From assembly GCA_048772705.1 (NCBI GenBank), contig JBLWGC010000035.1, positions 310,001 to 374,000 of the forward strand: a stretch of 64,000 bases of DNA, given 5' to 3'. Both the position numbers and the translations under genes were made by a program. The stretch comes from Leidyana gryllorum EB-2025a. Lineage: Eukaryota > Protista > Apicomplexa. Below are positions 35,078 to 45,534 of this stretch, piece by piece (positions within the stretch are counted from its first letter, which is position 1; each line of letters opens with the position of its first letter). The notes under the pieces are model-generated. The model was not told the origin of the DNA. It ran no database searches and saw only the letters and a list, made by a program, of their open reading frames with translations.

Positions 35078-35857
35078 CTAATATGCGGTAGTCGCAGCGG
35101 GAGATATGGTGCTGGCAGTTTCAGCGCCTCCATTCTTAGCAGTAACTGCATTCACCAGGTTATCTAAGAGTCCAGATGCGCCGAAGCGGAAGTGATCTGC
35201 GACGAGGAAGTCAATTCCGAAGTACTTGTCAGCTATGTTGAAGTAGACAAGACAGTCCTCGAAGGTCCTGACCCCACCACTAGCCTTAAATCCAGCGTTG
35301 GGGTTGATCTTCTTGATCGTCTGGCACATGATCTCTGCCGCCTCTGGTGTTGCTCCAACTTTGACTTTGCCAGTAGAAGTCTTGAGGAATTTGACGCCCT
35401 CTTCCAAACAAATAGTGCTGGCAGCGGCGATTTTAGCGGGATCAGTCATTTCTCCCGTTTCCAATATGGCTTTGAGAGTCTTTGTGCCCGCGGCGGCACG
35501 GATGGCTTTCACAAAGTCCCGGCAGAAGGCCTCTTCTGCGATTGGATCGCGTCTGTAGGGGAAGACGAAATCGATTTCGTCAGCTCCGAATTCGACGGCT
35601 TGTTTAGTTTCGTTGGCAGCAGCTTCGATGTTGTCGTTGCCATGAGGAAAGTTGACGACAGTTGCGACCTTCACTTCAGGGTGAGGTGCGAGAGCCTTCT
35701 TGGCCGTGGCGACGAATTTGGGGTATAGGCAGACAGCGGCAACCGAACCGTATGGAGTCACAGCCTTGGCACAGAGGTTGAGGACGACCTCGTCGCTGTC
35801 ATTGTCATTCAGGGTGGTAAGGTCGATGCACCCAATGGCTCGCTCCATCTTCTTCAT
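35078..35857 (-). CDS. deoC: Deoxyribose-phosphate aldolase (type II, E. coli-like)
   Basis: IDLTTLNDND, VATVVNFPHG, GADEID, LKAILETGE, FLKTSTGK (Schiff-base Lys), GFKASGGVRT, FRFGASGLL; intronless; GCCACCATG start context. Confidence 0.97.
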   Translation of the reverse strand: MKKMERAIGCIDLTTLNDNDSDEVVLNLCAKAVTPYGSVAAVCLYPKFVATAKKALAPHPEVKVATVVNFPHGNDNIEAAANETKQAVEFGADEIDFVFPYRRDPIAEEAFCRDFVKAIRAAAGTKTLKAILETGEMTDPAKIAAASTICLEEGVKFLKTSTGKVKVGATPEAAEIMCQTIKKINPNAGFKASGGVRTFEDCLVYFNIADKYFGIDFLVADHFRFGASGLLDNLVNAVTAKNGGAETASTISPAATTAY

Positions 35858-36185
35858 GGTGGCTAAAAAATGTAAATTTCGAAGTGCAATAGGTACTATG
35901 GCAGATGGAGCGAGAGAAGCTGTTGAAAAGAGAGGAAAGCTGTGTAATGTGAGAATTGCGTTGGTGTGTGTCGAGAGCAGTCGTTCTTTTGGTGATCTGT
36001 GGAGATGGAACTTTGCTTTGCGCTGTTGGCCGAGTCTTGTCGACTTGAGTGTTGTGTGTGCAATTGTGTGTGATAGATAGGTAGGGAGTGGAAGAGAGGT
36101 AGAGTGATCTATCTCTATCTCTTCTTCTTGCGCTCGTTGCTTAGGTAGCTATCCAGTTATTTATGGTGTATGTTAACACTTGGGT

Positions 36186-36934
36186 ATGATAGGGTGGAAA
36201 TGGGTATTGCTGTTGCTGTCGTCAGGAGAAAGTATTGGTTTGAGTTACTACACAGATGAGAATGGTACGTTGAGGTCGGTCTGTCTGTGTTTGAAAAGTG
36301 AAAATGGTCGACAGCTGTGGCAGCCATCCTGGACCCTTTACGCGATCTGAAGATAGAAAGTTTGCAGCACGATTGCTCGGTGAACGACAGTGAAGAGTGC
36401 CTGACGAGTTGCAGTGATCTCTGTCCTGCGTTTGTTAGTGATGGAGACACGGCTTTGGAGAGGTTGGAAGAGTGCGTACGGAGCTTATCCTATGACTGCG
36501 AAGTGAGTGTCTCGCTGACCTCATTCGTTTTGGTAGAGCCCCGGGATGCCTGTGGGCGACAGACCCCCAGCCCCCGCAGCGGCACCGGCTGGTTGGTGTT
36601 CGTTTCGAAGGGCTACGAGTACAATGATAGTGTCCGACTCGACCTGGTCTTGGTTCCTAGAGCTGAGGATGCCGTTACTTCAAGTAGCGGCTGCCACTCG
36701 CCAGGCCCGGAGTTACAGGTTGGCCTCGGAGGCGACCATTATAATTGTTATATATCTACGGGTAGTTTAGATACGAGTGCAACTGTCCTCGGCCTATGGG
36801 TCGACAATACCCTAACAGTCGACGTAAGTTCTGAGCAATTTGATTTTCGTCTGACGTCTCCAAACTATGCAGATCAGCCACTTGAAGCAAATGTTCATAG
36901 TACACGACCGTGTGGTGACAATTCGCTCGAGTGA
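36186..36934 (+). CDS. Secreted Cys-rich protein, paralogue B
   Basis: Exon 1 MIGWKWVLLLLSSGESIG.. splices via gtacg..cag into the 36317 ORF; LKIESLQHDC..C..SC...C..LEECVRSLSYDCEV aligns with paralogue A. Confidence 0.7.
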
Positions 36935-37087
36935 CTGCGTCTTCGAGAGCGCTGCCATACGTGAGCGCCTGTCTATCATACGGAGACACGCTGGCACCCG
37001 CCATTATAGGACACGGGCCAACTATTCGTCCGCCAAACTCATCAACATGGCCGCAAGTAGCACCCTTCTTTTTTTGGGGCGCTTTTT

Positions 37088-38797
37088 ATGAAGATATGCG
37101 TTGTGGGTAACAACAGCAAACATGAACGTTCCGTGCACTGGCTCACTGCGGTCTTGGCTGAAAACTTGGTGCTGAGCCCCAGAGTGGTACAGAAATTGGA
37201 AAAGCTGCACAGCCAAGCTGATATAGGATTAGTCGACGCGGTCGAAGACCTCTTCGCTCAGACGAACACCGCCTTTAATTACGGTGATGCCAAGCTACCC
37301 CTTCCAGTATTCCCGCCTGTACACAATGAGCCTCGCGGATACGACTGGACGGACAAAGATCAGGACTTCGACAAGAGCAAGAAGCATAAACGCGACAATG
37401 TCGACCAATACGCACAAATCAAGAAATATAGAGCCATAAATGTCCAGGGCCCCTACGTCAGTTCGGGCAAAATCAAATGGTTGGACGGCCAACGTCTCTG
37501 CTATCCTAAGCTCCACTCCCCGGGGTTGGCCATGGTCTTGGAGGACACTTTGAGTCAAATCAATAATGCACCTCTTCAGCCACTTCTGCCGAGGCCCACC
37601 TCACTCGTAGAGGCGGCGGCGACAGCTCTCAGTGGCAGATTGGGAGACTACCAAAGCGTGCAGAATGACCAGGACGCCCTTCTGACCCACATGTTGAATT
37701 TCGCCAAGTCAGATGCCCCTCTACCACTCGAACCTTTTGCGTCGCCTGACCTCCAAGAGACGGCAACAAGGGTCACACCGCTCAGCTACGCGCGTTTTGA
37801 GACATTCTCCAAACGATATGTCGCTTACACTCTTCACCAGCACCTCACACAAATGTTTGAAGAGTATCGAGCAGCCTTTAAGGACAGCTATCAAACATTC
37901 TGTGCCAATATTCAGCCCACACTCCTCATCTTTCAGACTGGCGAAAGTGATCTCGTTCATCATCACGACCTTTTCAGAGAGTTGGGGGTCACAAAAGGTC
38001 AATTTGACACGGCCTTGAGATACTACAAGCAACAAGGAGCAGCACTCCAGGCTCAAATTGGCAAGCGATTGCCGTCGCTTCGTGAGAAATTCAAGCATTC
38101 CCCGGTGGATCTTCAAATTAAGGCGTGGCTCGATTTATTCTCTGCGACTGTTCGCTCCCTCAATCTGACACCCGACAAGAAGAGCAAATTAAATACGTAT
38201 CTGAGTTGGGTCGTTGTCGGCGATTATGTCCTGCGATCGGCTGTTGAGATGTCCCCAGTCAACACCACCGAAACTTTCCAGTTGATGAAGACCATAATTG
38301 CGCAGGGTGACAGTGCGAACGACAGGAAACGCAAAAGAGCTATCGGCACTTTCTGTGACCTCTTAGGGAGACTGCCCTCATCAGCATCAATAAGGACTGC
38401 TTTGAATTTCATCGCGGAAGCGATGGACTGCAGTATCGTTCTGGAGGTTCCCAAGGGAGGGACGGAGGAAGCATCTCACTATCTGCAGGAAGTGGTGGAC
38501 GGTTCCACCACATCGAGCCGTTTCCTCCTGTGTGGGCCGAGCAGTCGACCACTCATCTTCCTTCGACTCACTTCTGGAGGTTACATGCCATTGGGTCTCA
38601 ATCTCGCCTTCGCGATGCATATTGCGAAGCACAATGCCATGATCCAGACTCCAAAACATGTCACACTGGACCAGCTAGACTATAGTGATGTGAGTCTGCA
38701 GCAGGCGGCTTGGACCACGGATGAGCTGCTCCCCAATACATCTCAGATAGAGTTCTTTGCACCTTATGGACTGAGAAAGAGTACATCCGATATATAG
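37088..38797 (+). CDS. Hypothetical protein (569 aa), possible degenerate OTU-like C-terminus
   Basis: Long intronless ORF; only weak motif similarity. Confidence 0.7.
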   Translation: MKICVVGNNSKHERSVHWLTAVLAENLVLSPRVVQKLEKLHSQADIGLVDAVEDLFAQTNTAFNYGDAKLPLPVFPPVHNEPRGYDWTDKDQDFDKSKKHKRDNVDQYAQIKKYRAINVQGPYVSSGKIKWLDGQRLCYPKLHSPGLAMVLEDTLSQINNAPLQPLLPRPTSLVEAAATALSGRLGDYQSVQNDQDALLTHMLNFAKSDAPLPLEPFASPDLQETATRVTPLSYARFETFSKRYVAYTLHQHLTQMFEEYRAAFKDSYQTFCANIQPTLLIFQTGESDLVHHHDLFRELGVTKGQFDTALRYYKQQGAALQAQIGKRLPSLREKFKHSPVDLQIKAWLDLFSATVRSLNLTPDKKSKLNTYLSWVVVGDYVLRSAVEMSPVNTTETFQLMKTIIAQGDSANDRKRKRAIGTFCDLLGRLPSSASIRTALNFIAEAMDCSIVLEVPKGGTEEASHYLQEVVDGSTTSSRFLLCGPSSRPLIFLRLTSGGYMPLGLNLAFAMHIAKHNAMIQTPKHVTLDQLDYSDVSLQQAAWTTDELLPNTSQIEFFAPYGLRKSTSDI

Positions 38798-39070
38798 AGT
38801 GTTGCAGCGTTTTCAAACAAACATCATCTCGATTTCTAGACATATTCCAACCCCACCTGCTCAAAGTTCCACCGGCTCTCCCGATCTCTGGAGCTCAGCC
38901 CGGTCGCCTCGCATCAATCGGGACGGCCGAATCTGTCTCACAGTGACGCAGATAGATCGATGGCCGACCGCGCGACTGAAATGCCGCGTTCAACATAATC
39001 GCGAGACGTCGCTCGTGTTTTCCCAGACTCACTCATGTAAGCTGGGGACAGATTGCTTGTCAAAGTCGGA

Positions 39071-39820
39071 ATGGCGTCGATCGGAGCAATGAACAGCACC
39101 GCGACAGTGCGGAGAGCGGGGAGCAAAGCACAAATTGCCAAGTTCACCACTCAGCTGGAAGCACTGACTGCTCAGAACCAAGCTCTGAAGGACGAAGTGG
39201 CAGCGCTGACAAGTAAGCTGGTAACGCTGGAGGAATCGAAGATTGAGGCCGACAAAAAGCTCCTCCACTCCGAGGAGTTGCTTTCGGAGTCGATCGCTGC
39301 GTCAAAACGGGAGAAGGAAGTAACGGGTGCGCTGGTGGCTTCAATGGCAGCGTGCTTGGAAGCTTTGGCTCAACAAACTCGCGGAGAAAGTGTTGCAGAA
39401 GCTGCGGCGAAGGCCCGCGCGGTCTCAGCGGCCGAAGAGGCCACTCGGAAGGAAGAGCATACGGCATTGAAAGATATGAACGAGACTTTGAGGAATGCAA
39501 ATGAAGCTTTGCAGCAGAAGGTCAGTGAACATGAAGCTGTGGATTCGATACTCAAGACGCTGGTGTCCGGAGTTATGCAATCGGAAAAGATCCGAAGTTG
39601 GTTTGGCGTTGAATCCGTCGAGGCTAAAGTGACTTCGAGTCCCGCAGAGACGTTGACGAGTGACCTAAGCCCGCAGCCAACGGACCCGGTGGTCGAGGAG
39701 CGATCACAAAGTATCACAGAAGAATCGAGTGTTGTGCCTGTGCACCCCACCGACATCATTCCCGCTGACATTGTTCACGAGATCATTCCCACAATTGGTC
39801 CAGTTGCCGTTCCCTATTGA
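39071..39820 (+). CDS. Coiled-coil protein, tandem paralogue 1
   Basis: Heptad-rich; MAACLEALAQQTRGESVAEAA motif shared with the two downstream genes. Confidence 0.7.
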   Translation: MASIGAMNSTATVRRAGSKAQIAKFTTQLEALTAQNQALKDEVAALTSKLVTLEESKIEADKKLLHSEELLSESIAASKREKEVTGALVASMAACLEALAQQTRGESVAEAAAKARAVSAAEEATRKEEHTALKDMNETLRNANEALQQKVSEHEAVDSILKTLVSGVMQSEKIRSWFGVESVEAKVTSSPAETLTSDLSPQPTDPVVEERSQSITEESSVVPVHPTDIIPADIVHEIIPTIGPVAVPY

Positions 39821-39993
39821 TGTTTGAAGGTGAATAAAAGATAAAAGATGGGCTTCATCGTCGTCGCGGCAGTTAAGTTGCTCAAGGACTACAAAAGTCT
39901 TCAAGACGGTAGATTGGGTATTTGACGTGGAGTGAATCTTTTTTGATGGGTGGTATCATTTGAACCGATTGCATAAACTCCCACTTGTTGGCA

Positions 39994-41002
39994 ATGACGT
40001 CGGTCGTCCCGAAAGAAGCAACCGATAATGCGATGGGCCAAGGCATAATGGCCTTCGGCCAATTGTATTTTGAGCTGTCGATGTCTCGCGACAAATTGTT
40101 GGTAATGACGACCAGATGAGCAGATGATTGATCATCCATTCATCCATCCGGGAACACAGGCAGAGAAGAATGAGGCCGACCGAAAAGCGGCAGAGTTGGC
40201 ACAGGAGGTTGAGACGCTTAAAAACGAGCTCTCCCACGAGCGGCAGCTGCGACAGGACAGCGAGCGTAAAGAGAAGGAGGAGATGGGGATGCTCTTGGCC
40301 ACTGTGGCCGAGACTCTGGACCAACTGTTTGCCAAGACAACCGGAGGCTCAATCATGTCGGCAATAGAAGCGGGCCGGCGACGACGATTAGCCGCCGAAG
40401 AGGAGTATAGAATACTTCTTGAAGAGCGCAACGCTGCCGTCCAGCAACTCGCAGAACGCAAAGCCCTCAATGACGCTGTCAACGCCATCATTTCCGACCA
40501 CGAGAGTTTGAAGGTCTCAGTTGCCCGTCTCCAAGAGATTACGAGAGAAGTTCACAAAGCCGAGAGCACAACCGACCAGGGAGTCACCTCGGAAGTCGTC
40601 TCTGATCCGGAGGTCAAACCACCGCTCTCGGATAGGGGGTCGAGATTGGAGTCCACGAATAAGGCGTCTGTACACACCGCTGAGGTCCGTCGTCCCTCAG
40701 ACTCCGTCTTTCCTCCCCCCTCCCCCAACGCGACACCCGTAGTCAACGGAACCACCGGTGTTCTCCACCAGCCATCTGTGATGAACACTTGCACCAGTCT
40801 CCCTGAAGAGCGGCAAGAAAGTGGCCATCATCCTTTCCCCCCCAACACTGCCCCCTCCCATCGGCCCCTCAGCCCGGTGGCTCCCAACAGCAACACTTCC
40901 ACTCCCGTTCGACGGCTATCCCAAAATCACCCCATGGAGAACGCCGATCAGCACTCCGGGGATCAGACGAGTGGAGACCGGTCCAGCTGGTCTCTAACTT
41001 GA
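39994..41002 (+). CDS. Coiled-coil protein, tandem paralogue 2
   Basis: Exon 1 MTSVVPKEATDN..RDKLL|gtaatg..cag|AEKNEADRK; LFAKTTGGSIMSAIEAGRRRR..RNAAVQQLAERK. Confidence 0.7.
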
Positions 41003-41252
41003 ACTCTCAGGCTCCCATATGCAATTTTCAAAAACACACCAGACTCTTAACGAAAAAAAATGGGCGTAGATCGAGGAATGATGATCGGTCTGATGCAGAT
41101 CGCAACCGAACAGCCCGATTGGCAGCGTAGGTGAGGAACACACTTGAATCAAACTGCAAAGTGGAGCTGAGTGGGGCAACCCCTGTGGGGACGGTGCTGC
41201 CCCGCCACAACAGCACTCTGAAGGCAGAGTCTTTGAGATATCTCGACCCATT

Positions 41253-41272
41253 GGGGGGGGGGGGGGGGGGGG
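41253..41272 (+). repeat. Poly-G tract (~20 nt)
   Basis: Seen directly in the intergenic sequence. Confidence 0.9.
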
Positions 41273-41416
41273 TGTCCCCTCTGCAAATGATAGCCCCGAG
41301 TCTGACTCGCGTCCCTTTGCTCAAGTGAAAAGCACTCTTCTCAGATCAATGATCATTCTGTGCACCCACACTCTCCGCACCAAGCACCGTTGATACATAC
41401 TAACGCACCAGGGAGA

Positions 41417-42713
41417 ATGGCGAGGAAAAAGGGGTGGCGCAAAAAGTACGTCCCATTCTTCTCAATCTCAAAAGTGGACCTCTGTGCAGAATTGTGGCGG
41501 TTACGGCAGGGGAGTGGTTCGATCTTAGCGAAGAGCGCGACAAATACAAGCGGTGGTACGCAAGCGCAGACCAGAATTATTCTGACTATATGGTAAGAGA
41601 CGAGCAATAATTACAGTTTGAGATGAATGATAGGCCAAGTACCTAAAAAAATGCTCCGAGTCAGCGGAGCTGACAAAGCGCTGCGACAACTTGGAGAAGG
41701 AGTTGCAGAAAGAGAAGGAATTGAGTCAAAGAGAGCTCCGCCAGAATAAGGAGCTCAGGACTTCCTTGGTGACGATGGCCGACATTATGCAACAATGTTT
41801 TGCCACGACAGAAGGCGGTTCCCTCACCGAGGCCGCCGAGGAAGGAAGACGATTGCGGACTGCTGCGGAGATGCATTTGGCAAATCTGACGTATCAGAGA
41901 GACGCAGCTGTCAAACAACTGGCAGAACGCAAAGAAATTAATGCTGCTCTGAAGGCCATCAAACAAGAGCACGAGTTGCTGCAGCAATCGGTGATCCGCC
42001 TAGAAGAGATGACGAGGGACTCCACCGAATGTACGGCCACCATTGATCAACAAGAAGCTCAAGCGCCCCAACCCTCTGAGTCTTCCAACGGAGAATCATC
42101 TCAGAGCGAGAGCTCAGATTCAGGTACGAAAACCGCCGGGGAGCTCGCGGTAGACCTCAAAACCCACCCCAAAGCTGTAGTCATTGACACAGTCGCTGCC
42201 GAGCCGTCTCCACCGCCGGTCGACGGCGGGTCTTCCGGAGCCGTAGCCACTGACACAGCCGCTGCCAAGCCGTCTCCGCCACCACCGGTCGACGGCGGGT
42301 CTTCCGGAGCCGTAGCCACTGACACAGCCGCTGCCAAGCCGTCTCCACCACCACCGGTCGACGGCGGGTCTTCCGGAGCCGTAGCCACTGACACAGCCGC
42401 TGCCAAGCCGTCTCCACCACCACCGGTCGACGGCGGGTCTTCCGGAGCCGTAGCCACTGACACAGCCGCTGCCAAGCCGTCTCCACCACCACCGGTCGAC
42501 GGCGGGTCTTCCGGAGCCGTAGCCACTGACACAGCCGCTGCCAAGCCGTCTCCACCACCACCGGTCGACGGCGGGTCTTCCGGAGCCGTAGCCACTGACA
42601 CAGCCGCTGCCAAGCCGTCTCCACCACCACCGGTCGACGGCGGGTCTTCCGGAGCCGTAGCCACACAGGCGACAGACAGTGCTCCTAGTGCCAACAATAC
42701 TGTCAACACGTGA
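41417..42713 (+). CDS. Coiled-coil protein, tandem paralogue 3, with Pro/Ala/Ser/Thr-rich repeat tail
   Basis: MARKKGWRKK|IVAVTAGEWFDLSEERDKY..YM|AKYLKK joins the 41691 ORF via two introns; CFATTEGGSLTEAAEEGRRLR..RDAAVKQLAERK. Confidence 0.7.
42186..42665 (+). repeat. Coding tandem repeat: one 66-bp plus six 69-bp units (DTAAAKPSPPPPVDGGSSGAVAT)
   Basis: Units start at 42186, 42252, 42321, 42390, 42459, 42528 and 42597 and are nearly identical. Confidence 0.97.
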
Positions 42714-42984
42714 GCTTTCATCGATCACCGCTGTTGGTGCCGTTCGGACTGCGGTTCTGCTTCCGATGAGATGTGATCTTGACGTTGAGACAGGGTGTAC
42801 CAGACTTTTGTAGTGTCGCAAACACATGTAGAGTGATTGGGGTGGGTAAAAAGGTGAGAGTGACCGGCATAGATGATGCCACCCACAATGGCGCATAAGA
42901 GTGCCGTTTTTTGGTGAGGTGACATCCGAAAAGTTGATGAGACCGTCCGTGGAGTGATAGTTTGGGCTCATAGGTGATCGCGGT

Positions 42985-43605
42985 ATGGGGGTGGCGGCCG
43001 TGAGTGGCGTGATCGCAACAGTCTTACTGTTCATAGTCACGCTGATAGTAGCACAACAAGAGTGGCTACTTTCGGTGGAGATTGTGCAAAGATGGTGGCG
43101 GAGAAGCGGGCATTGCAGCGAAGAGTGTTTGAGGAGGAGCAGTGTAGCTGTTGAGCCGCAGGAGCAGCCGTCTCCAATCGGGCACGAGGACAATTCAGAG
43201 TTTGTGAGCACTTCACATCAAGTGCAGGAGTTGAGAGGTGAAGTACAACGGCTGACGGGAGAGAATGGTCGTCTGATGGTCGAGTTAGCGAGGGCCAAGG
43301 CTGAGATCCAAAGGTTGGAAGTCGGAGCCGCCGTTGCCAGAGAAGCCGTGAGGACTTTGAGTGTCGGACTGTCGAGATCGCAGCAGCAACTGGCTGCTGC
43401 TCAAGAAGAGGCACTGGAAGGTCGATGTTTCAAGGCCAAATGGGGTCTAACGGTTGAGAAGCTGAGCATGTTGACGGACGAGTTGGAGAATGAACGCCAA
43501 AGTACCCATCTTACTAAAGGAACTGGGCGATATTTGTTTGAAGCCTGTCATAAAGCGCTGTTCGGAGACGCGTTTGATATCGGAGTGGACACTTTGAGAT
43601 TTTAA
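42985..43605 (+). CDS. Membrane-anchored coiled-coil protein
   Basis: N-terminal hydrophobic segment (VSGVIATVLLFIVTLIVA) followed by heptads (VQELRGEVQRLTGENGRLMVELARAKAEIQRLE). Confidence 0.6.
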   Translation: MGVAAVSGVIATVLLFIVTLIVAQQEWLLSVEIVQRWWRRSGHCSEECLRRSSVAVEPQEQPSPIGHEDNSEFVSTSHQVQELRGEVQRLTGENGRLMVELARAKAEIQRLEVGAAVAREAVRTLSVGLSRSQQQLAAAQEEALEGRCFKAKWGLTVEKLSMLTDELENERQSTHLTKGTGRYLFEACHKALFGDAFDIGVDTLRF

Positions 43606-43775
43606 GTGGGAATGGAGCCTTTCATTTTGGCACGGGGAGAAGGTGAAAGTGTTTAACAAATTCAAGTTGCAAAAAAATCTTGACATGGATGGTAGTGCTT
43701 AGAGGGTTCAGACATGAACGTCGTGGCCGCCACAGTGGGCTGAACCTATTGGTTATAGGGGCTGTGGCCCAGAAT

Positions 43776-45404
43776 ATGGCGTTTCCTGGCGAGGACGAGG
43801 AGCGGAATGGTGATGCACCGGGAAACGGCGAGGGTGGATATCAAGCTGGCGTCCCGAAGCCGTTGAGCCTCGATGTCGCTGGGCAGCTCCGAGGGCATTT
43901 CAAATTCCGATTCTTCAATAAGCTGAACAATACCATTCGCCGAGATGCGCTGCGGCGATATATAGACACTTGTCTGTTTGGGCTGGACGTATTAGACCAA
44001 GTGGAGGAGGATGTGGGACGTCAAATTGACAGCACCGCCGGGAGTCTCACTCGTCAGACTGGTGAGGATTGGCGCAAGTTATGTTGGCTGACCAAATGGT
44101 TAGAAAAAACCAAGTTGCGTCAATATCTCTCCTTAAGTGGAGCGATCTCCATACCTCGCACTCTAAGGCGTCGCAGATCATTGGGCAAATTGCTGGCCTC
44201 CCTGAGAGAGGATAACGCAGCGGCTCCTGTGCCCCATTCCAGCAGAGCTCCTTGGATGCCTACCACCAGCAGAACCTACAAGGGCTATGGGCCAGCGAGT
44301 GGCCAGATTCAGCCCTTTCCGCATTCTCCAGAGACCGCATTCAAATTATTGGTGGAAGATACCTTGAAGCATTTCTCAGATGTCGAAAAGCCCAAGAAGC
44401 AGAAACTACGAGAGAAATATCTCAGCCATATCGAAAAGCTCATTGACAGCCTCGACAAAATGTCGACTATCCAAGAAGAACGGAGTGCTTGGCTGGACGC
44501 AGATGACGATAAAGAAAAGGGCTCTCCCGCACTTACGGTTCCGATGCACACCATCAATCATCTCCTCCCCAAAGAGCGCGGAAACCAGTATCCCGCATGG
44601 CTCACGTCTCGGTACGACCCTTTGGTCGCCGGATCCTCAGGAGCCACGCTGATGAGTTGGACAAGTTTACCACTTGTAGCCGACAGACAATGGGTCACAG
44701 AGGTCCTGAACAACAGAGATTACCAATTAACTGAGCTTCTCGACTTGGAATTAGCCGCTCTCTTGGTGGGCGTGGTTTGGACCAGTCGTCTGGAAATGTT
44801 CACCGATCCAACACCGTATCTCGAAGCCTTGATACTCAAGGGCACCAGAACGGCGTGGCGGTGTACACCGAGTCAATGGTACTTCTTCTGTGATGTTCAC
44901 ACCACCGCCTTGGCTGAAGCGTTCCGAGACAAACCCATACTCAAACAAGCGCTGACGCAGCACATACCCGTTACCCTGCTGGGCGCAAAGCCCGACGCTC
45001 TTGACCACGCATCTCATAAGGGATGGATGCAGCAACGCGAATACTCCTGGCATATGCCCTATGCATCGGATTTCTATTTCACACGGAAAGCGCGTGCCGA
45101 CAGACCCAATCATGCCCACTTGCCGAATCTTTGGAAGACACGGGTCGAGGCGTACCGCCACTATCGAGACACGCTGCCTCCCAATGAGACGCCATTAACT
45201 TTGGATCAATTCGGCCGAGAAGTCTTTGCCAACACACGGTTCTCCCAAAACTTTGTTCGACCGAGCATACAAGCATTCCTAAGGTCACAGGCGGACGGAT
45301 CCGATAGCGCAGTCACCGACATGTTGGACAATGAGAGCGATCTCAGCACCACCGCTTCCTCAGTCCACGAATCATCCCAAGAATCACATCCATCGGTATG
45401 CTAG
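43776..45404 (+). CDS. Hypothetical protein (~540 aa)
   Basis: Long intronless ORF; no recognisable domain; start uncertain. Confidence 0.65.
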   Translation: MAFPGEDEERNGDAPGNGEGGYQAGVPKPLSLDVAGQLRGHFKFRFFNKLNNTIRRDALRRYIDTCLFGLDVLDQVEEDVGRQIDSTAGSLTRQTGEDWRKLCWLTKWLEKTKLRQYLSLSGAISIPRTLRRRRSLGKLLASLREDNAAAPVPHSSRAPWMPTTSRTYKGYGPASGQIQPFPHSPETAFKLLVEDTLKHFSDVEKPKKQKLREKYLSHIEKLIDSLDKMSTIQEERSAWLDADDDKEKGSPALTVPMHTINHLLPKERGNQYPAWLTSRYDPLVAGSSGATLMSWTSLPLVADRQWVTEVLNNRDYQLTELLDLELAALLVGVVWTSRLEMFTDPTPYLEALILKGTRTAWRCTPSQWYFFCDVHTTALAEAFRDKPILKQALTQHIPVTLLGAKPDALDHASHKGWMQQREYSWHMPYASDFYFTRKARADRPNHAHLPNLWKTRVEAYRHYRDTLPPNETPLTLDQFGREVFANTRFSQNFVRPSIQAFLRSQADGSDSAVTDMLDNESDLSTTASSVHESSQESHPSVC

Positions 45405-45534
45405 TCGTTTCGTTGGCTCACACATAGGTCGATAGAGCTCCAAATCAAAAAGCAAAAACTATTCATGCAGTGATGTTCACTCATATATATATAGACATAT
45501 ATAGACAGTGGGTCTCTAACATGTACGCTCACAT

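Noticed and set aside
35078-35857. Bacterial contamination or a prokaryotic operon or mobile element around deoC
   Set aside because: It is flanked by intron-containing eukaryotic genes and has a Kozak-like start; no transposase, integrase or terminal repeats were seen.
42101-43211. Long minus-strand ORFs over the 69-bp repeat; possible CRISPR-like array
   Set aside because: The units are contiguous with no unique spacers, and the antisense frames are open only because the repeat lacks stops. The plus frame continues a paralogous coiled-coil gene.
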